Positions 1 to 12,852 of a DNA stretch of 64,000 nt are shown here, one piece after another; within the stretch, counting starts at the first letter, position 1, and each line of letters begins with the position of its first letter. Source of the DNA: Octopus sinensis (taxonomy: Eukaryota). Position numbers and translations under genes: made by a program. Below the pieces are notes generated by a model, which did not search any database, was not told the origin of the DNA, and was given only the letters and a program-made list of their open reading frames with translations. The stretch spans positions 33,976,001 to 34,040,000 of the forward strand of contig NC_042998.1 in assembly GCF_006345805.1 (NCBI RefSeq), given 5' to 3'.

Positions 1-2144
1 GTTCTTTCCATTCTGCTTCTTGTTATTGTTAAAGATTCTGTGCACTGTTTGTATTAATATGTTGTGATTAGAAAATAAGTATCAATCATACATGCGCATG
101 GGAGTGGCTGTGTGGTAAGTAGCTTGCTTACCAACCACATGGTTCTGGGTTCAGTCCCTCTGCATGGTACCTTGGGCAAATGTCTTCTACCATCGCCTCG
201 GGCCAACAATAGCCTTGTGAGTGGATTTGGTTGATGGAAACTGAAAGAAGCCCGTCGTATATATGTATGTGTGTATATATGTTTGTGTGTCTGTGTTTGT
301 CCCCCCAACATTGCTTGACAACTGATGCTGTGTGTTTATATCCCCTGTAACTTAGCAGTTCGGCATAAGAGACTGATATAATAAGTACTAGGCTTACAAA
401 GAATAAGTCCTGGGGTCAATTTGCTCAGCTAAAAGTGGTGCTCCAGCATGGCCACAGTCAAATGACTGAAACAAGTAAAAGAGTAATCCATTTGTGAGTT
501 AAAATTAAGACTAAGCACAACAAGTGTTCCATTGAAGACATTCTCTCCAAGAAAACCCAAACGAGAAAATGGATGTGGAATGGAAAGTCTGGAGATGTAC
601 AGCACGTATATTAGAGTATCTCTTTATTCTTTTACATGTTTCAGTCATTTGACTGCAGCCATGCTGGAGCACTACCTTTAGTCGAACAAATCGACCCCAG
701 GATTTATTCTTTGTAAGCCTAGTACTTATTCTATCGGTCTCTTTAGCCGAACTGCTAGGTTGCGGGGATGTAAACACACCAACATCGGTTGTCAAGCGAT
801 GGCAGGTGGGGGACAAACACAGACACACACACATAAGCGTATATGTGTGTGTGTGTGTGTATATATATTTAGGGCTAAACCACTAGGTGGATAACCATAC
901 GCTAGAAGATCACATATGATCTAACTACAAAGAAAGGATATTCTCCAGAGAAAATTCATTATTTAAATATATATATATATAAATATGACAGGCTTTTTTC
1001 AGTTTCCGTCTCCCAGGTCCACTCACAAGGCTTTGGTTGGCCTTATGCTATCGTAGAAGACACTTGGCCAGGGTACCATGCAGCAGGACTGAACCTGGAA
1101 CCTTGTGGCTTAGAAGCAAGCTTCTTGCCACATGGCCATGCCTCTTCAATATTTTTCTATGTATAAGGTGGTGAGCTGGTAGAATCGATACTCCCAGAAA
1201 AAATGCCTAGCAGCATTTCTTATATTGTAAGTTCAAATGCCCCTGGGGACATTAATACATATAATACATGTCCCTGTCATTCTTGCAGGGTTGATAAAAT
1301 AGATACCAGTTGAACACTGGGGGTTGATGTTATCAACTTACCTGTGAAATTGCTGGCCTGGTACCAAAATTTGAAACCAATATTTCTCTATGTAAGATAG
1401 TTGATCAGGAATGGTTAGCTTTTCTTATTTTTGTTACATGGCATTCTGTAAAGTGATAGTACTGCTGTTATCAGTTGATTGGATGGAAACTAGTTGATTG
1501 AGGCTGTCCATGGTTTACAGTCAACCAGTTAGGCCTTGTGGGGTCCCCATAGCCTAGACATTTCACTCTGCTCAGCTCAAAAGATCTAACACTAGAACTA
1601 CAATGAGTGGCTGAGCTTAATGCTGTAAACAAAGCAGATTTAAAATGTGTTAAGCAACTAAATTTTTTATAACAAAAAAAATAATGTAAAGTATACTAGC
1701 CATCTCAATATGGCTAACCACTAAGGGTGGGTGTTACTGTCGCTTTTAGCCCCAGGAGATCATCGTCTCCAGCTGGCTTTAGACACACTTTCTGTGCCCT
1801 TATGATAAAAAAATAACGTTACATGGTTATTTATTTTATAATAAAACATCTCATAAATTATAAAACGTAAAAAACACAGTGTACACTCTGTGAAATGGTT
1901 GGCATCAGGAAGGGCATCCAGCCATAGAAACCGTGCCAAAACAGACAACTGCAGTCTGGAGTAGCCCTCCAGTTTGCCAGTGCTTGTCAAACTGTCCAAT
2001 CCATGCAAACATGGATATTAAATGGTGATGATGATCTTTTATATGCAAGTATGGTAAATGCAATGTAAAGTGGTGATAAAAAAACTACATTGTAAAAAAA
2101 AAAATAATTTAAAACGAATCTTCTTTCTTTTGTATTAAAAACAG

Positions 2145-2272
2145 GTGGTGTTGTTCGTATGACTATAAGTCTCACTGTCATCATAATTGAAGCCACAGCC
2201 AACATCTCGTACGGTCTTCCTATTATGTTGACTATCATCATGGCAAAATGGGTAGGGGACTGCTTTAACGAG
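2145..2272 (+). CDS. CLCN7: ClC-7-type chloride/proton exchanger, internal exon (late transmembrane helices)
   Basis: cag|...|gtaagg, 128 nt, phase 1 to 0. Translates (G)[42 protein letters not shown], matching the CLC-6/7 GGxVRMTxSLTVI motif. Confidence 0.95.
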
Positions 2273-2689
2273 GTAAGGACATATTTTTTTCCCACCACTT
2301 CTATTTGGTAAAACTTGGCAAATGGTGTAAATCAGAGGTTCTCATTTTTGCAGTTTGTTTTTTGACATTTGTCTTGTTGACTTTTTGTAATACATATAAT
2401 CAATCACACATACCCAATGTATGTGTTTAGCTTGTTCACCCATAGACTGCGTAGTAGAACAGTGGGGATGACTCCCTCAAAGCAGTGGGTGTTAAAACAC
2501 CTGAATGTTATAGACAGGTGAAACAACTCACCCCTAATCCCATTCAGTAGTGATGGATAATTTTTGCAGCTTATTAACATCACATACCTGAATCACATAC
2601 AAGCCAGGTGCAAACTGAATTGCTAGTTCGTGATTGTATACAAATAGTGGAAGAACCTATTTCATCCTCTAGCACCCAAAAAGCACTGG

Positions 2690-3130
2690 TGCTCGTACCT
2701 TGGGAAAAACATTGATGATGGTGCCATGTGACAGATGCTGTCATGTGACATACACTGGTGATGGTGCCATGTGACAGGCGCTGGTGATGGTGCCACGTAA
2801 AAAGCACTGGTGCTGATGCCACATGAAAAGCACCCATGTTGGTGCCACATGAAAAGCACCCATGTTGGTGCCACATGAAAAGAACCCCATGTTGGTGTCA
2901 CATGAAAAGCACCCATGTTGGTACCACATGAAAACACCTATGTTGGTGCCATGTGAAAAACACTGGTGTTGGTACCACATAAAAAGCACCCATTACACTC
3001 TTGGAGTGGTTGGCATTAGGAAGGGCTTTCAGATGTAGAAACCATGCCAAAAAGACAATGAAATGTAGTGTGGATCCTGTCAAACCATCCAACCCATGCC
3101 AGCATAGAAAGCAGACGTTAAATGATGAAC
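2690..3130 (+). mobile_element. RTE LINE 3'UTR copy with 26-bp tandem array
   Basis: acatgaaaagcacccatgttggtgcc repeats at 2821, 2847 and 2873, followed by the family 3' end. Confidence 0.8.
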
Positions 3131-3585
3131 AAAATCCATAGAGTAAGATGCTTGGACAACTCCATCACCATCCAACACTTCACACAAAACGCAAACAACA
3201 CCAAAAAAAAAAACACTGACACAATTCAAATTGTAAACACTTTACATAACAAACTGATGAAGCAAAAAAAAATCACAAATAAATCCGATTATATGATGTG
3301 TATAAACGCTACTCTTTACCATTGTCAAAAGACCATGGTACACACACCTGAGGAACATGGCAGGGGTACTGGGTGGTGAAGTAGAAATTGTTATAAATTG
3401 TTGAAAACCTGAAGGAAAATCATAAAAGTGTTGTTACTCTTGTTTCTGGAAAATGTTATTTAATTTAATTTTCTGCTGGAATAATATTCTAAATTTATTT
3501 GGAATGCTATTGTTTATTTAATTTCTTTTTTCACCTATATTTATTTCTTTTATCTTTTTTTTTTTTCCTTCTTTTTCCTACACAG

Positions 3586-3671
3586 GGTATCTATGATATT
3601 CACATACATCTTGGAGGAGTTCCATTGCTTGGATGGCAGCCATCTGATCTTGCATCTTCATTGAATGCCAA
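3586..3671 (+). CDS. CLCN7: ClC-7 exon (helix R, central Tyr)
   Basis: Long polypyrimidine tract, cag|...|gtaagt, 86 nt, phase 0 to 2. GIYDIHIHLGGVPLLGWQPSDLASSLNA(N). Confidence 0.95.
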
Positions 3672-3955
3672 GTAAGTTAAATATAATGGCAGGCTTGCTC
3701 TTTCCTTAATTCTCTCTCCCTCTCTCTTTCCCTTAATTCTCTCTCCCTCTTTCCCCCAATTCTCTCTCTTTTCCTTAATTCTCTCTCCTTCTCTCATGCT
3801 GCATTCAGTAGTGTGTCCATAAACTTTATAATCAATATTTATGAATATGATAAACAAAAGTGTTTGAAGGGGGAGAAGTGAGTCAGAACAGTTTTAGACT
3901 CACTGCTTCTTAACTTTATTATTCTTTGCTTCATTCTAAGTTCAGATCCCATTAA

Positions 3956-5027
3956 CCCTTTCGTTACTATATTTCTGACCAAAATACACCCCTCATGAGT
4001 TTCAAGTAAATTCTAAAATAATCATGAATCTAGGCTTGTTTCATTAAATAACTGTAACTTTTTTACTTAACATATTAATGTGATATTTGGAACATAATTA
4101 AAGAAAGGGTTCTTAATCAATTCTATTGCATAACTTTTGTCTCAAAGTGACTTTAATTACAGGTAAATCCAGGTAAATTGAGCAAAAGGTAAAAATATTA
4201 AAATTTTGTTTAAACATCACTATAGAAAATGAATCATCAGCTAATATTCAAATGGGTATGCAACAAAATTTTGATAAAGAAGAATTGTGCACGTCACTAT
4301 ATCATCAGTTGAATTTAATGCACAACAGGTGTACCATAAAGGTGGAATAAAGTGAAATACTGGAATCCACCGTAAGTTTGACCGAACTAAAGAAATCGGT
4401 CAAAAAATAATATACAGCCCTGGTTATGGTATGGAAGTGATAAATTCCAGACCACATCGTTCCCTAGGCCATGCTGACTAACATTATTTTCCCTGTATAA
4501 AAACTAAATCCACGCAGTACCCAGTATTTGCTTCACAAATTTTCCGAAATTTGAACCCCCATTTTGTGTTTGTTTACGTTCTGCGTAAGTTTGTTTCCGC
4601 ATTGATCGCTTCAAACAATAACTTCCAACCCACATCATACCCTAAGCCATGCTGACTAACATTAGTTTCCCTGTATAAAAACTAAATCCACAACAATACC
4701 CAGTATTTGCTTCACAAATTTTCCAATTTGGAATCAATGCTTGATAACATGAAACTCCTATCCATTTTCAAAGTTGAAGAAAAATCGATGCCGAAAAAAA
4801 TGTGGAAAAAAATCTCCCAAAATTCAGGGAATTAAAATTACACGTCGATCGTTGTACAAAACTGTCGATGAACTGTTTACGAAGCATAATCACGTGTTTT
4901 CACGAATGTACTAAAGAGATTTGCTCTGATATTCTCATTTAAATATGAATAGGTAAATTCGGGGGGGTTTGATCACATTAACCAAAATTTTTTTCGGGCG
5001 GCTTTGGGCGGTTTGGTAACAAAAGGG
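3956..5027 (-). mobile_element. Non-autonomous piggyBac derivative A
   Basis: TTAA at 3952-3955 and 5028-5031; TIR CCCTTTCGTTAC / GTAACAAAAGGG. The minus strand keeps a frameshifted transposase core (KWGFK...NTGY; HGLGNDVVWNL.LPYHNQG.ILFFDRFFSSVKL) with an internal ~165 bp duplication. Confidence 0.9.
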
Positions 5028-5289
5028 TTAAAGACTTTGCTTTTCATTTCTCAAAAGTCAAGAAAACTATACAAGCCTCGTTCTCCCTTACAAGTATTTC
5101 CTTGCATTTCAGTAACAAAGCATCAAAATAGAATGCAAGTATCAGAAGAGATTTATGAAGTATCATAGGTATTAAAAAATGTTTGTAGTGTATAGTTATG
5201 GTTCTCCTACTTCTGAGTTCAAATCCCATCGGAGCTAATTGTTGTTGGCATCCTTTTTGTCTCAGGAGACAATGCAGTTGCGCAGTACA

Positions 5290-5580
5290 TTTCATGTCCT
5301 AATACATCTCCTGCTGTGGCTGTGTAGTCCTATCCTGGACAAACACTCCCTCTGACAGGTGCCGCAAATGTAGCGAAGACTTTGCCTGGCTGGTTGTAAT
5401 GTCATAGCTTCTTGTTGACGTTTTTTCTTGTCTTTCCATTTCTCCTCTCTCCCTCTGTCGCTCCTTTGTGTTTCCTCTTTTACGGTACATCGCCAATCTC
5501 CATGGTTGTTGGCAACTGCTTCCCAGTTGCTAATATTGATGCCGCAAGCCTTCATGTCCCTTTTGCAAACATCCTTGTAT
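5290..5580 (-). mobile_element. RTE/BovB-like LINE 3' coding end
   Basis: ORF 5292-5555 ends YICGTCQRECLSRIGLHSHSRRC, the C-terminal CCHC finger of RTE-clade ORF2. Confidence 0.85.
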
Positions 5581-5981
5581 AATAAAAAGTTAATTATACT
5601 TTTGTATTTATAAACATTGAAACCAGAATATATTCAAACTTTAATTTGACCCCTACACATTCTTGTTTTTTACTTTGGTTTTAACTGTAACCAACTTTTC
5701 ATTCAACTAACACCTTACTTAGGCAATCAACTCATCAACAAACTTGGTCGATGCTACCTTCAGTTCTGTTAATGCAAATTATATTACTCCTATAAAACCT
5801 GCCAGTGCTATGTAAGAAGCACCCAGTTCCCTCTGTAAAGTGGTTGGCATTAGGAAAGGCATCAAGCCATAGAAACCAAGCCAAAACGGATGACTGGAGC
5901 CTGGTGCAGCCCTTTGGCTTGCCAGTTGCTGTCGAACTATCTAACCCAGGGGTTCCCAATTGAGGTCCACAGAAGCTTTAA

Positions 5982-7063
5982 CCCTTTCGTTACCAAACCG
6001 CCCAAAGCCGCCCGAAAAAAATTTTGGTTTATGAAACCAAACCGCCCAAAGCCGCCCGAATTTACCTATTCATATTTAACTGAGAATATCAGAGCAAATC
6101 TCTTCAGTACATTTGTGAAAACACGTATTACACTTCGTAAACAGTTCAACTACAGTTTTGTACAATAATCGAAGTGTAATTTTAATTCCGTGAATTTTGG
6201 GAGATTTTTTTCCGAAATTTGTTCCTATTGTGTTTTCAAAATTTGTAATTCTGACAAAAAATGGATACGAATTTCATTATATCAAGCAGCGAATCAGAAT
6301 TCGAAGGATTTTCTACTGAAGACCTTCATAAATCTAACTCTATGACTGAAAAAAAAAAGCACATGGTATTTGATAATGAATTTGATGTTTCATTTTCCGA
6401 AAGTGAAAACAGTGAATCTGAGATCTCCGATAGCGATAAAGAAAACGAATTGGCACCTGAATGGAGTGAAAATTTAAAAACTGTTTCTTTCGGTGATTTT
6501 TCTGCAGGAACTGGACCAAGCCACAGACTTTCCCAGAAGGGTAAAGCCTTAGGCTATTTCTATTTACTTTTTCGAATGAGCCTATTTGAAATCATTACAG
6601 CGAAAACGAACCGTTACGCTAAACGTAAACAAAACGAAAGAAACGATAGTTTGTTGTTTCCCACAACCTTAAATGAAATTAAGGCCTATTTTGCCATAAA
6701 TATTATTATGGGTATCAGAAAGTTACCCAGAATAACAAATTCTATCGTAAAATTTTGTTGTATACCCAATTGAATATTAGCTAATATTTTCTATAGCGAT
6801 GTTTGAACAAAATTTTAATAATTTTATATTTTGTGGAATTTACCTGTATCTACCTGCAAATAGAGTCACTTTGTGACAAAAATTATAGTATAGAATTGGT
6901 TGAGAATATTTCATTAAATTATCTTCCAAAAATCAGATTAATATATCGATAAATAAAAAAGTTATAGTTGTTTAATGAAACCAGACTAAATTTATGATAA
7001 CGTTAGAAATTAATTGAAACACATAAGGGGTGTAATTTGGTCAGAAATATAGTAACGAAAGGG
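5982..7063 (+). mobile_element. Non-autonomous piggyBac derivative B
   Basis: TTAA at 5978-5981 and 7064-7067; TIR CCCTTTCGTTAC / GTAACGAAAGGG. Both ends are homologous to element A in reverse orientation. Confidence 0.92.
6261..6773 (+). pseudogene. Truncated piggyBac transposase N-terminus
   Basis: 170-aa ORF with an acidic Ser-rich N-terminus, then YFYLLF...EIITAKTNRYA...TTLNEIKAYFAINIIMGIRKLP, typical of the piggyBac/PGBD transposase start. It ends before the catalytic core. Confidence 0.85.
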
Positions 7064-7520
7064 TTAAGGGGGTCGACGAGTAAAAAATTGCAATTTGTGG
7101 GTCCATATATAAATTTTGTTTTCTAGGAGATGTACCTGTATTTATTGAAATTTTCAAGATTTGTATTTGGAATTTATGTTATGAACATAACGAAATTGTT
7201 TCATTGTTAGTTTTTACTAACCTAAAAACAAATATTTTATTTCAAAAATTTGCATGTTCATATAGAGGGTCCACAGATGATAAGATAGCTCTCAGGGGGT
7301 CCACAAGCAAAATAAGGTTGGGACCCCCTCATACCAAAATGGAAAACAGATATTAAATGATTACGGTCCTGATGGTGTGTTATTTGTTCTGAGTTGGCAT
7401 TTTTATATTTATCTCCCATTTACACAACACCAAAAGCATCTCACCTGAAAAAGCTGTCTAATTAGGACTCGTGCTTGCAAGGAAGTGTGTTTGAGGCTTT
7501 TATTTTATTTTGTTTTACAG

Positions 7521-7650
7521 TGAAGTGATGAGTCATCCTGTTACAGTGCTGCAACGAGTCGAGCAAGTTGGCCGAGTGATGGATATTCTCCTCCATGAGA
7601 GCCACAATGGTTTCCCTGTTGTGGACAACTATGACCCTTATGCTCCTATG
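7521..7650 (+). CDS. CLCN7: ClC-7 exon (CBS1)
   Basis: ttttacag|...|gtgagt, 130 nt, phase 2 to 0. EVMSHPVTVLQRVEQVGRVMDILLHESHNGFPVVDNYDPYAPM, with the HNGFPVV motif typical of ClC-7. Confidence 0.95.
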
Positions 7651-9299
7651 GTGAGTAATCTGTCTTTTGTATCTCCCCTCCCAAAGGTGATGGTCTTTAA
7701 ATATTTCTTCCTAATCTGGCTGTAGTCCAATAGTTAGTATCTCTGACAGAATTAAAGATACTAACTTCATTTTCAATTTACCAAAATATCGCAGCCCTAC
7801 ATGCACTCTTATATGCAAATGTGATGTAGGCTGCAATGATGAGGATAGAACATTGATTGGCTCTGAGGCAAAGGGTCCATAGAAAGATCCATGCTAAAAA
7901 TATCACCACAAGCACATTCAGAAGCACCCAGTTCCCTCTGTAAAGTGGTTGGCATTAGGAAGGGCATCAAGCCATAGAAACCAAGCCAAAATGGATGACT
8001 GGAGCCTGGTGCAGAATAAGGTAATTCGAGAACAGACAGGAGTGTATGATGTGATTGCAGAGTCCTGAAAGCACAAGTTCTTCTGGGCCGGACATGTCGC
8101 AAGATCCACAGACAACAGGTGGACCCATGTAGTTACTGAGTGGTATCCAGGGGAACAGAAAAAAACACCACTTGAAAGGCCCCCACGATGATGGGAAGAT
8201 GATTTAAACAATTTGAGTCAAGATGGAAAGAATGGCGCAATCAAGAGAGAATTGGAAGTGTATTGTGATCAGTGGTGTATAACAGCATCTGATGGTCTGG
8301 TCGATTTGTGATTACAGTTCTAAACAGACTTAGTTACAAATAAACTAATACTAACTAAATGCTTAAGGGTCCTTAACAATTGAACAGAAGATTTTTATTA
8401 AAACTAATCATAAGTGTTTCGTGCATCTAGAAAAGGGACCTGTAACCATGCCAACATGGAAAACGGACATTAAATGATGATGGTGATAATCTGTGTGGTT
8501 CTTAATCTAACTGCTTAACAAACTGGATTTATTGTTTGTGTTGTTACGCTTGTTATTGTTCATTTACTATTCTGTATTGTATAAGTATTAAATATATTGG
8601 TTTAACTATAGCCAGTTCAGAAGCAAACTATTAATGACCGATCAATTGTTTAACCAGCACATTAAGAAACAATTAATTAGTTGGTCAAATATATTTAACC
8701 AATTGACTAACAATAAAGAAGTGGTATTGAATCAATGCAAGTGTTACTATTATTGGCATTATGACCCTCTCAAGGCACAACATAATTATTGTCCACTTAT
8801 TAAAAAACACTACTCTTTTACTTGTTTCAGTCATTTGACTGCGGCCATGCTGGGGCGCACCGCCTTTAGTCGAGCAAATCGACCCCGGGACTTATTCTTT
8901 GTAAGCCTAGTACTTAATCTATCGGTCTCTTTTTGCTGAACCGCTAGGTGACGGGGACGTAAACACACCAGCATCGAATGCTAGGGGGACAAACACAGAC
9001 ATATATACGACAGGCTTCTTTCAGTTTCCGTCTACCAAATCCACTCACAAGGCATTGGTCGGGCCGGGGCTATAGCAGAAGACACTTGCCCAAGATGCCA
9101 TGCAGTGGGACTGAACCCGGAACCATGTGGTTGGTTAGCAAGCTACTTACCACACAGCCGCTCCTGCGCCTAGAGATGTTTTGTTTTTTAATGACAGCCA
9201 TATTATTTTATTTCCTTTCAGTTTGTTTGTCTTGTTCGTTGTGGTTTTTGTAATTTTGTCCAATGTGCATTCCTTATTTCCATATATTCTATGTTGTAG

Positions 9300-9389
9300 C
9301 ATATGAGGAACCCAGATGAATCGAATACCTTTGGCACTTACCGAGGAATGATACTGCGCACACAATTATTGGTTCTTTTGAAAATGAAG
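9300..9389 (+). CDS. CLCN7: ClC-7 exon (end of CBS1)
   Basis: tgtag|...|gtaaaa, 90 nt, phase 0 to 0. HMRNPDESNTFGTYRGMILRTQLLVLLKMK, compare ClC-7 GLILRSQLIVLLK. Confidence 0.92.
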
Positions 9390-11223
9390 GTAAAATTCCA
9401 ATCACTGCCATTTCTATGCTTGTCTTATTTCTACCTTCTACCCTAAATGTCAACCTTCTTGACCCCTATCACTGACCATCATGTTTTATCTGCAGCTAGT
9501 GAAACCATAACCTGTGATGTAGCCAGTCCACTTATGCATACCTTTCCTTCTTGGGACACAAAACTCTGCTTGCAAAGACCTGTTGAGGCAATCGAAATTG
9601 ATAAAAAAATCAATGGAAATTGTAGTTGTGATACCAGTGCCGGTGGCATGTAAAAAGCACCATCCGAACATGGCCATTGCCAGCGCCACCTCGCCTGGCC
9701 TCCGTGCCAGTGGCACGTAAAAAGCACCAACCAATCGTGGCCGTTGCCAGCCTCACCTGGCACATAATAAACACCCACTACACTCACGGAGTGGTTGGTG
9801 TTAGGAAGGGCATCCAGCTGTAGAAACACTGCCAGATCAGACTGGAGTCTGGTGCAGCCTCCTGGCTTCCCAGAACCCAGTCGAACCGTCCAATCCATGC
9901 TAGCATGGAAAACGGACGTTAAACGATGATGATGATCAATTTCAACAGTTTAAAAGAAACCTCCACCAGGTTGCTCCCACAGGGTCATCATCACAGACCA
10001 CTTCTTCTTTACCAAATAATTAATTATTTAAAAAAAACTAAGCAGTTTTACAATTAGTTTGCTCTAAAAAGGCATTTTTCCAGTTATTTGTGTTGCACCT
10101 GGATTTTCATTGATTTGGTTGGAAGTTTGCTTCCGAATCTCATGGTTTTGGGTTCAATTCCACTGCATGGCACCTTGGACATTTGTCCAAGGTGCCATGT
10201 TTTGGTCTGACCAAAGCCTTATGAGTGGATTTGATCAATGGAAACTGTAAGAAGCCTACCATGTATGTGTGTGGGCATGAATGCCTGTGTTGGTTCCCCA
10301 CCACTACTTGACAACTGGCGTTGGTGTGTTTATGTCCCTGTAACTTAGCAGTTCAGCAAAAGAGATCAAAAGAACGAGTACCAGGCTTAACAAAATAAGT
10401 CCTGGGGTCGATTCATCCGACTAAATATTCTTCAAGGTGGTGCCCCAGCATGGCCACAGTCTAATGAATGAAACAAATAAAAGAAAATGAAAGCTAGAAG
10501 ATTTTTTTACCTTTCTGCCCTCTGATGAGAGATCCTCACCGGTGTGGCTCAGAAGTTCATTTACCGTGCAAATGGTTTGTGGTTCAATCTCCCTTGTGGC
10601 ATCTTGGACAAGTCCCTTCTGTTGTAGTTTCAAGCTAACAAATTCTTTGTCAATGCAATTGGCAATCAAAAGCTGTGCAGATGCCCATTCTTTACACATG
10701 TGTGTGTGTGTATACATGTAAAAAGCATCATCCAAATGTGGTTGATGCCAGCCAGCACCCCCACAGTGGCATGTAAAAAGCACCATCCGAATGTGGTCGA
10801 TGCCAGTGCTGCCTGACTGGCTCCCATGCTGGAGTGGTTGCTGTAGAAACTTTGCCAGATCAGATTGGAGCCTGGCACAGCCTCCTGGTTTGTCAGTCCC
10901 CAATCAAACCGTCCAACCCATGCCAGCATGGAAAACGGACATTAAATGATGATGATATTTGTAAGTGTCCACCTATTTGTTTGATTCTATTGGAAAAACG
11001 ATGCTTTTTGTCTATGCCCAGTAACTTAGCAGTTCATCAATCAAGATTGATAAGGATCCATTCTAGACTGCAACATAATGTACTTAGTTTGATGTGATTG
11101 ATTAAAGCCTCTCAGGGTTGTATAACATCATAGCTACCGTCCATTGATAGAAACAAGTAAAAGAATTAAAGAATCTTACTCTATCCTCGCCTATCTAGAA
11201 GAGTTTGAAATATGTATAGACTG

Positions 11224-11623
11224 CATTATTTACCTTTGACGGATATTTGTCCTCATCTTGTTTTTGTTTAACACAATGTTTTGGCTGATATACCCTCCAG
11301 CCTTTCATCAGGTGTCTTGGGGAAATTTCGAACCTGGGTTCTCATTTCTAAGGTATTTTTCGATATTATTATGCCCACGGGCATATGGCATAGTGGTTAA
11401 GAGCACAGGCTACTAACCCCAAGATTCCGAGTTTGATTCCAAGCAGTGACCTGAATAATAATAACAACATTGAAAATCACCTTAGGAATGAGAACCCAGG
11501 TTCGAAATTTCCTCAAGACACCTGGCTGGAGGGTATATCAGCCGAAACATTGTGTTAACAACAAAGATGAGGACAAATATCCGTCAAATGCAAATAATTC
11601 CTCATCTCTTAAATACAGAGCTG
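11224..11623. mobile_element. Palindromic tRNA-headed hammerhead-tailed retroelement, copy 1
   Basis: Inverted tail (11224-~11372), tRNA-like head with A/B boxes (~11380-11450), (AAT)n, then forward tail. Flanked by tat(g/c)tatagactg at 11211-11223 and 11624-11636. Both ribozyme cores are mutated. Confidence 0.8.
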
Positions 11624-11725
11624 TATCTATAGACTGGTTTGCATCCTCAATCTGAATTTTATAAAACCAATATACATTTCACTCATAGCTATACTCTGTC
11701 AGTTTTCTGTTTTTGACTTTTCTAG

Positions 11726-11818
11726 GCTTTCAATGAGAGAGAGGACCTTTTCCACACAATCAGGAATCTTCACAATAAAGACTTCAGAGAAGAATATCCT
11801 CGCTTCCAACCAATTCAT
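11726..11818 (+). CDS. CLCN7: ClC-7 exon (CBS1-CBS2 linker)
   Basis: ttttctag|...|gtaagt, 93 nt, phase 0 to 0. AFNEREDLFHTIRNLHNKDFREEYPRFQPIH, compare ClC-7 DFRDAYPRFPPI. Confidence 0.93.
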
Positions 11819-11909
11819 GTAAGTTTTTATTTGCAACCTTTTTTTATTCAGCTTTATTTTCCAGGAATCGATGTTGATATTAGTTTATTCTAGTTTTCAA
11901 AGTGCTATA

Positions 11910-12130
11910 CAATAATTCCTCGACTATCACGAGGTGTTACGTTCCAAAACCCCTTGCGATAGGCGAAAATCCACAAAGTACAAACTGTACTGTACTGTGT
12001 ATATATATATTTTTTTATAATTTGTATATATTTCTTTTATTATAAATACCCAACACCACCACGGAGGAATCTATGTAAGCTTAAATAATAAGCCGCAACA
12101 GGTGAACCGTGAAATGGCGAGGGATTACTG
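11910..12130. mobile_element. Tigger/pogo-like MITE
   Basis: Imperfect TIR CAATAATTCCTCG ... CGAGGGATTACTG, preceded by TA. Confidence 0.6.
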
Positions 12131-12768
12131 TCCTGTCAAAAGATCCTTCTTTTGATATGACCCAAATATTCAAATCTGTATTTGGTTAGAGCATCTAGTT
12201 GTTTTCATGGTCAGTTATTAGTCTTACTCGTTATCGTTTCATATCGGTTTATTAATTAGAGAATCTTGTTAATCTAGCAAACTGAGGTGTGCAGAGTAAC
12301 GTACCTTGGCCAGTGCTGTGACACAAGTACAAGGTGACAAGGTCCAAACATGTTTGTACTTTACCAATTCATTTTCCCTATATGCAAGACGTACAACTTT
12401 GGTTGTAATGTCAATGGGTTCACTTGGCTGGCTTTGGCTGGGTTGATCGTTTGAGTCTAAAAATGTTTCAGCTGGCTGCGGACAGGTTGGTAATGAATGG
12501 TTTAATGGTATGCAAGTCTGTGGAGAGCCTAGCTTATTTAATTTCATGAGCTGGCTGTTCTGTTGATCTGTTCAACTGGAACACTCATAGTTGTAACCAA
12601 CAAAGATCCAAGCCCTGTAGATGTTTCTACTTTTTTTATTTCTTGCATTTTTCTTTTTTTAAAGTTGAATCAGTATCCAAGAAGGGCATCTCAGTGGAGA
12701 TGTATGAAAACAAGAATATTAAAATATGAGGAATGATATTTAATTAGCCATTTTATTCTCATTACCAG

Positions 12769-12852
12769 AAAATCAATATTTCATCAAACGAACGGAAAAT
12801 GCACATTGATCTCACCAGCTTTATGAATCCTGGTGCATATACAGTATCAGAC
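12769..12852 (+). CDS. CLCN7: ClC-7 exon (start of CBS2)
   Basis: taccag|...|gtaagt, 84 nt, phase 0 to 0. KINISSNERKMHIDLTSFMNPGAYTVSD, compare DLSEFMNPSPYTV. Confidence 0.93.

Larger units (their letters stand above)
5947..7330. mobile_element. hAT-like MITE interrupted by piggyBac B
   Basis: Ends CAGGGGTTCCCAA ... TTGGGACCCCCT. It splits an RTE-3'UTR repeat whose halves rejoin across the insertion; no clean 8-bp TSD. Confidence 0.6.

Noticed and set aside
3700-3795. ~27-bp (CT)-rich tandem next to a CLCN7 donor as a regulatory element
   Set aside because: Simple low-complexity expansion; nothing in the sequence supports a function.
11380-11450. Functional tRNA gene (also other tRNA-like heads)
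   Set aside because: A/B boxes are present but the acceptor stem is not closed, and the sequence runs into repeat bodies; these are SINE heads.
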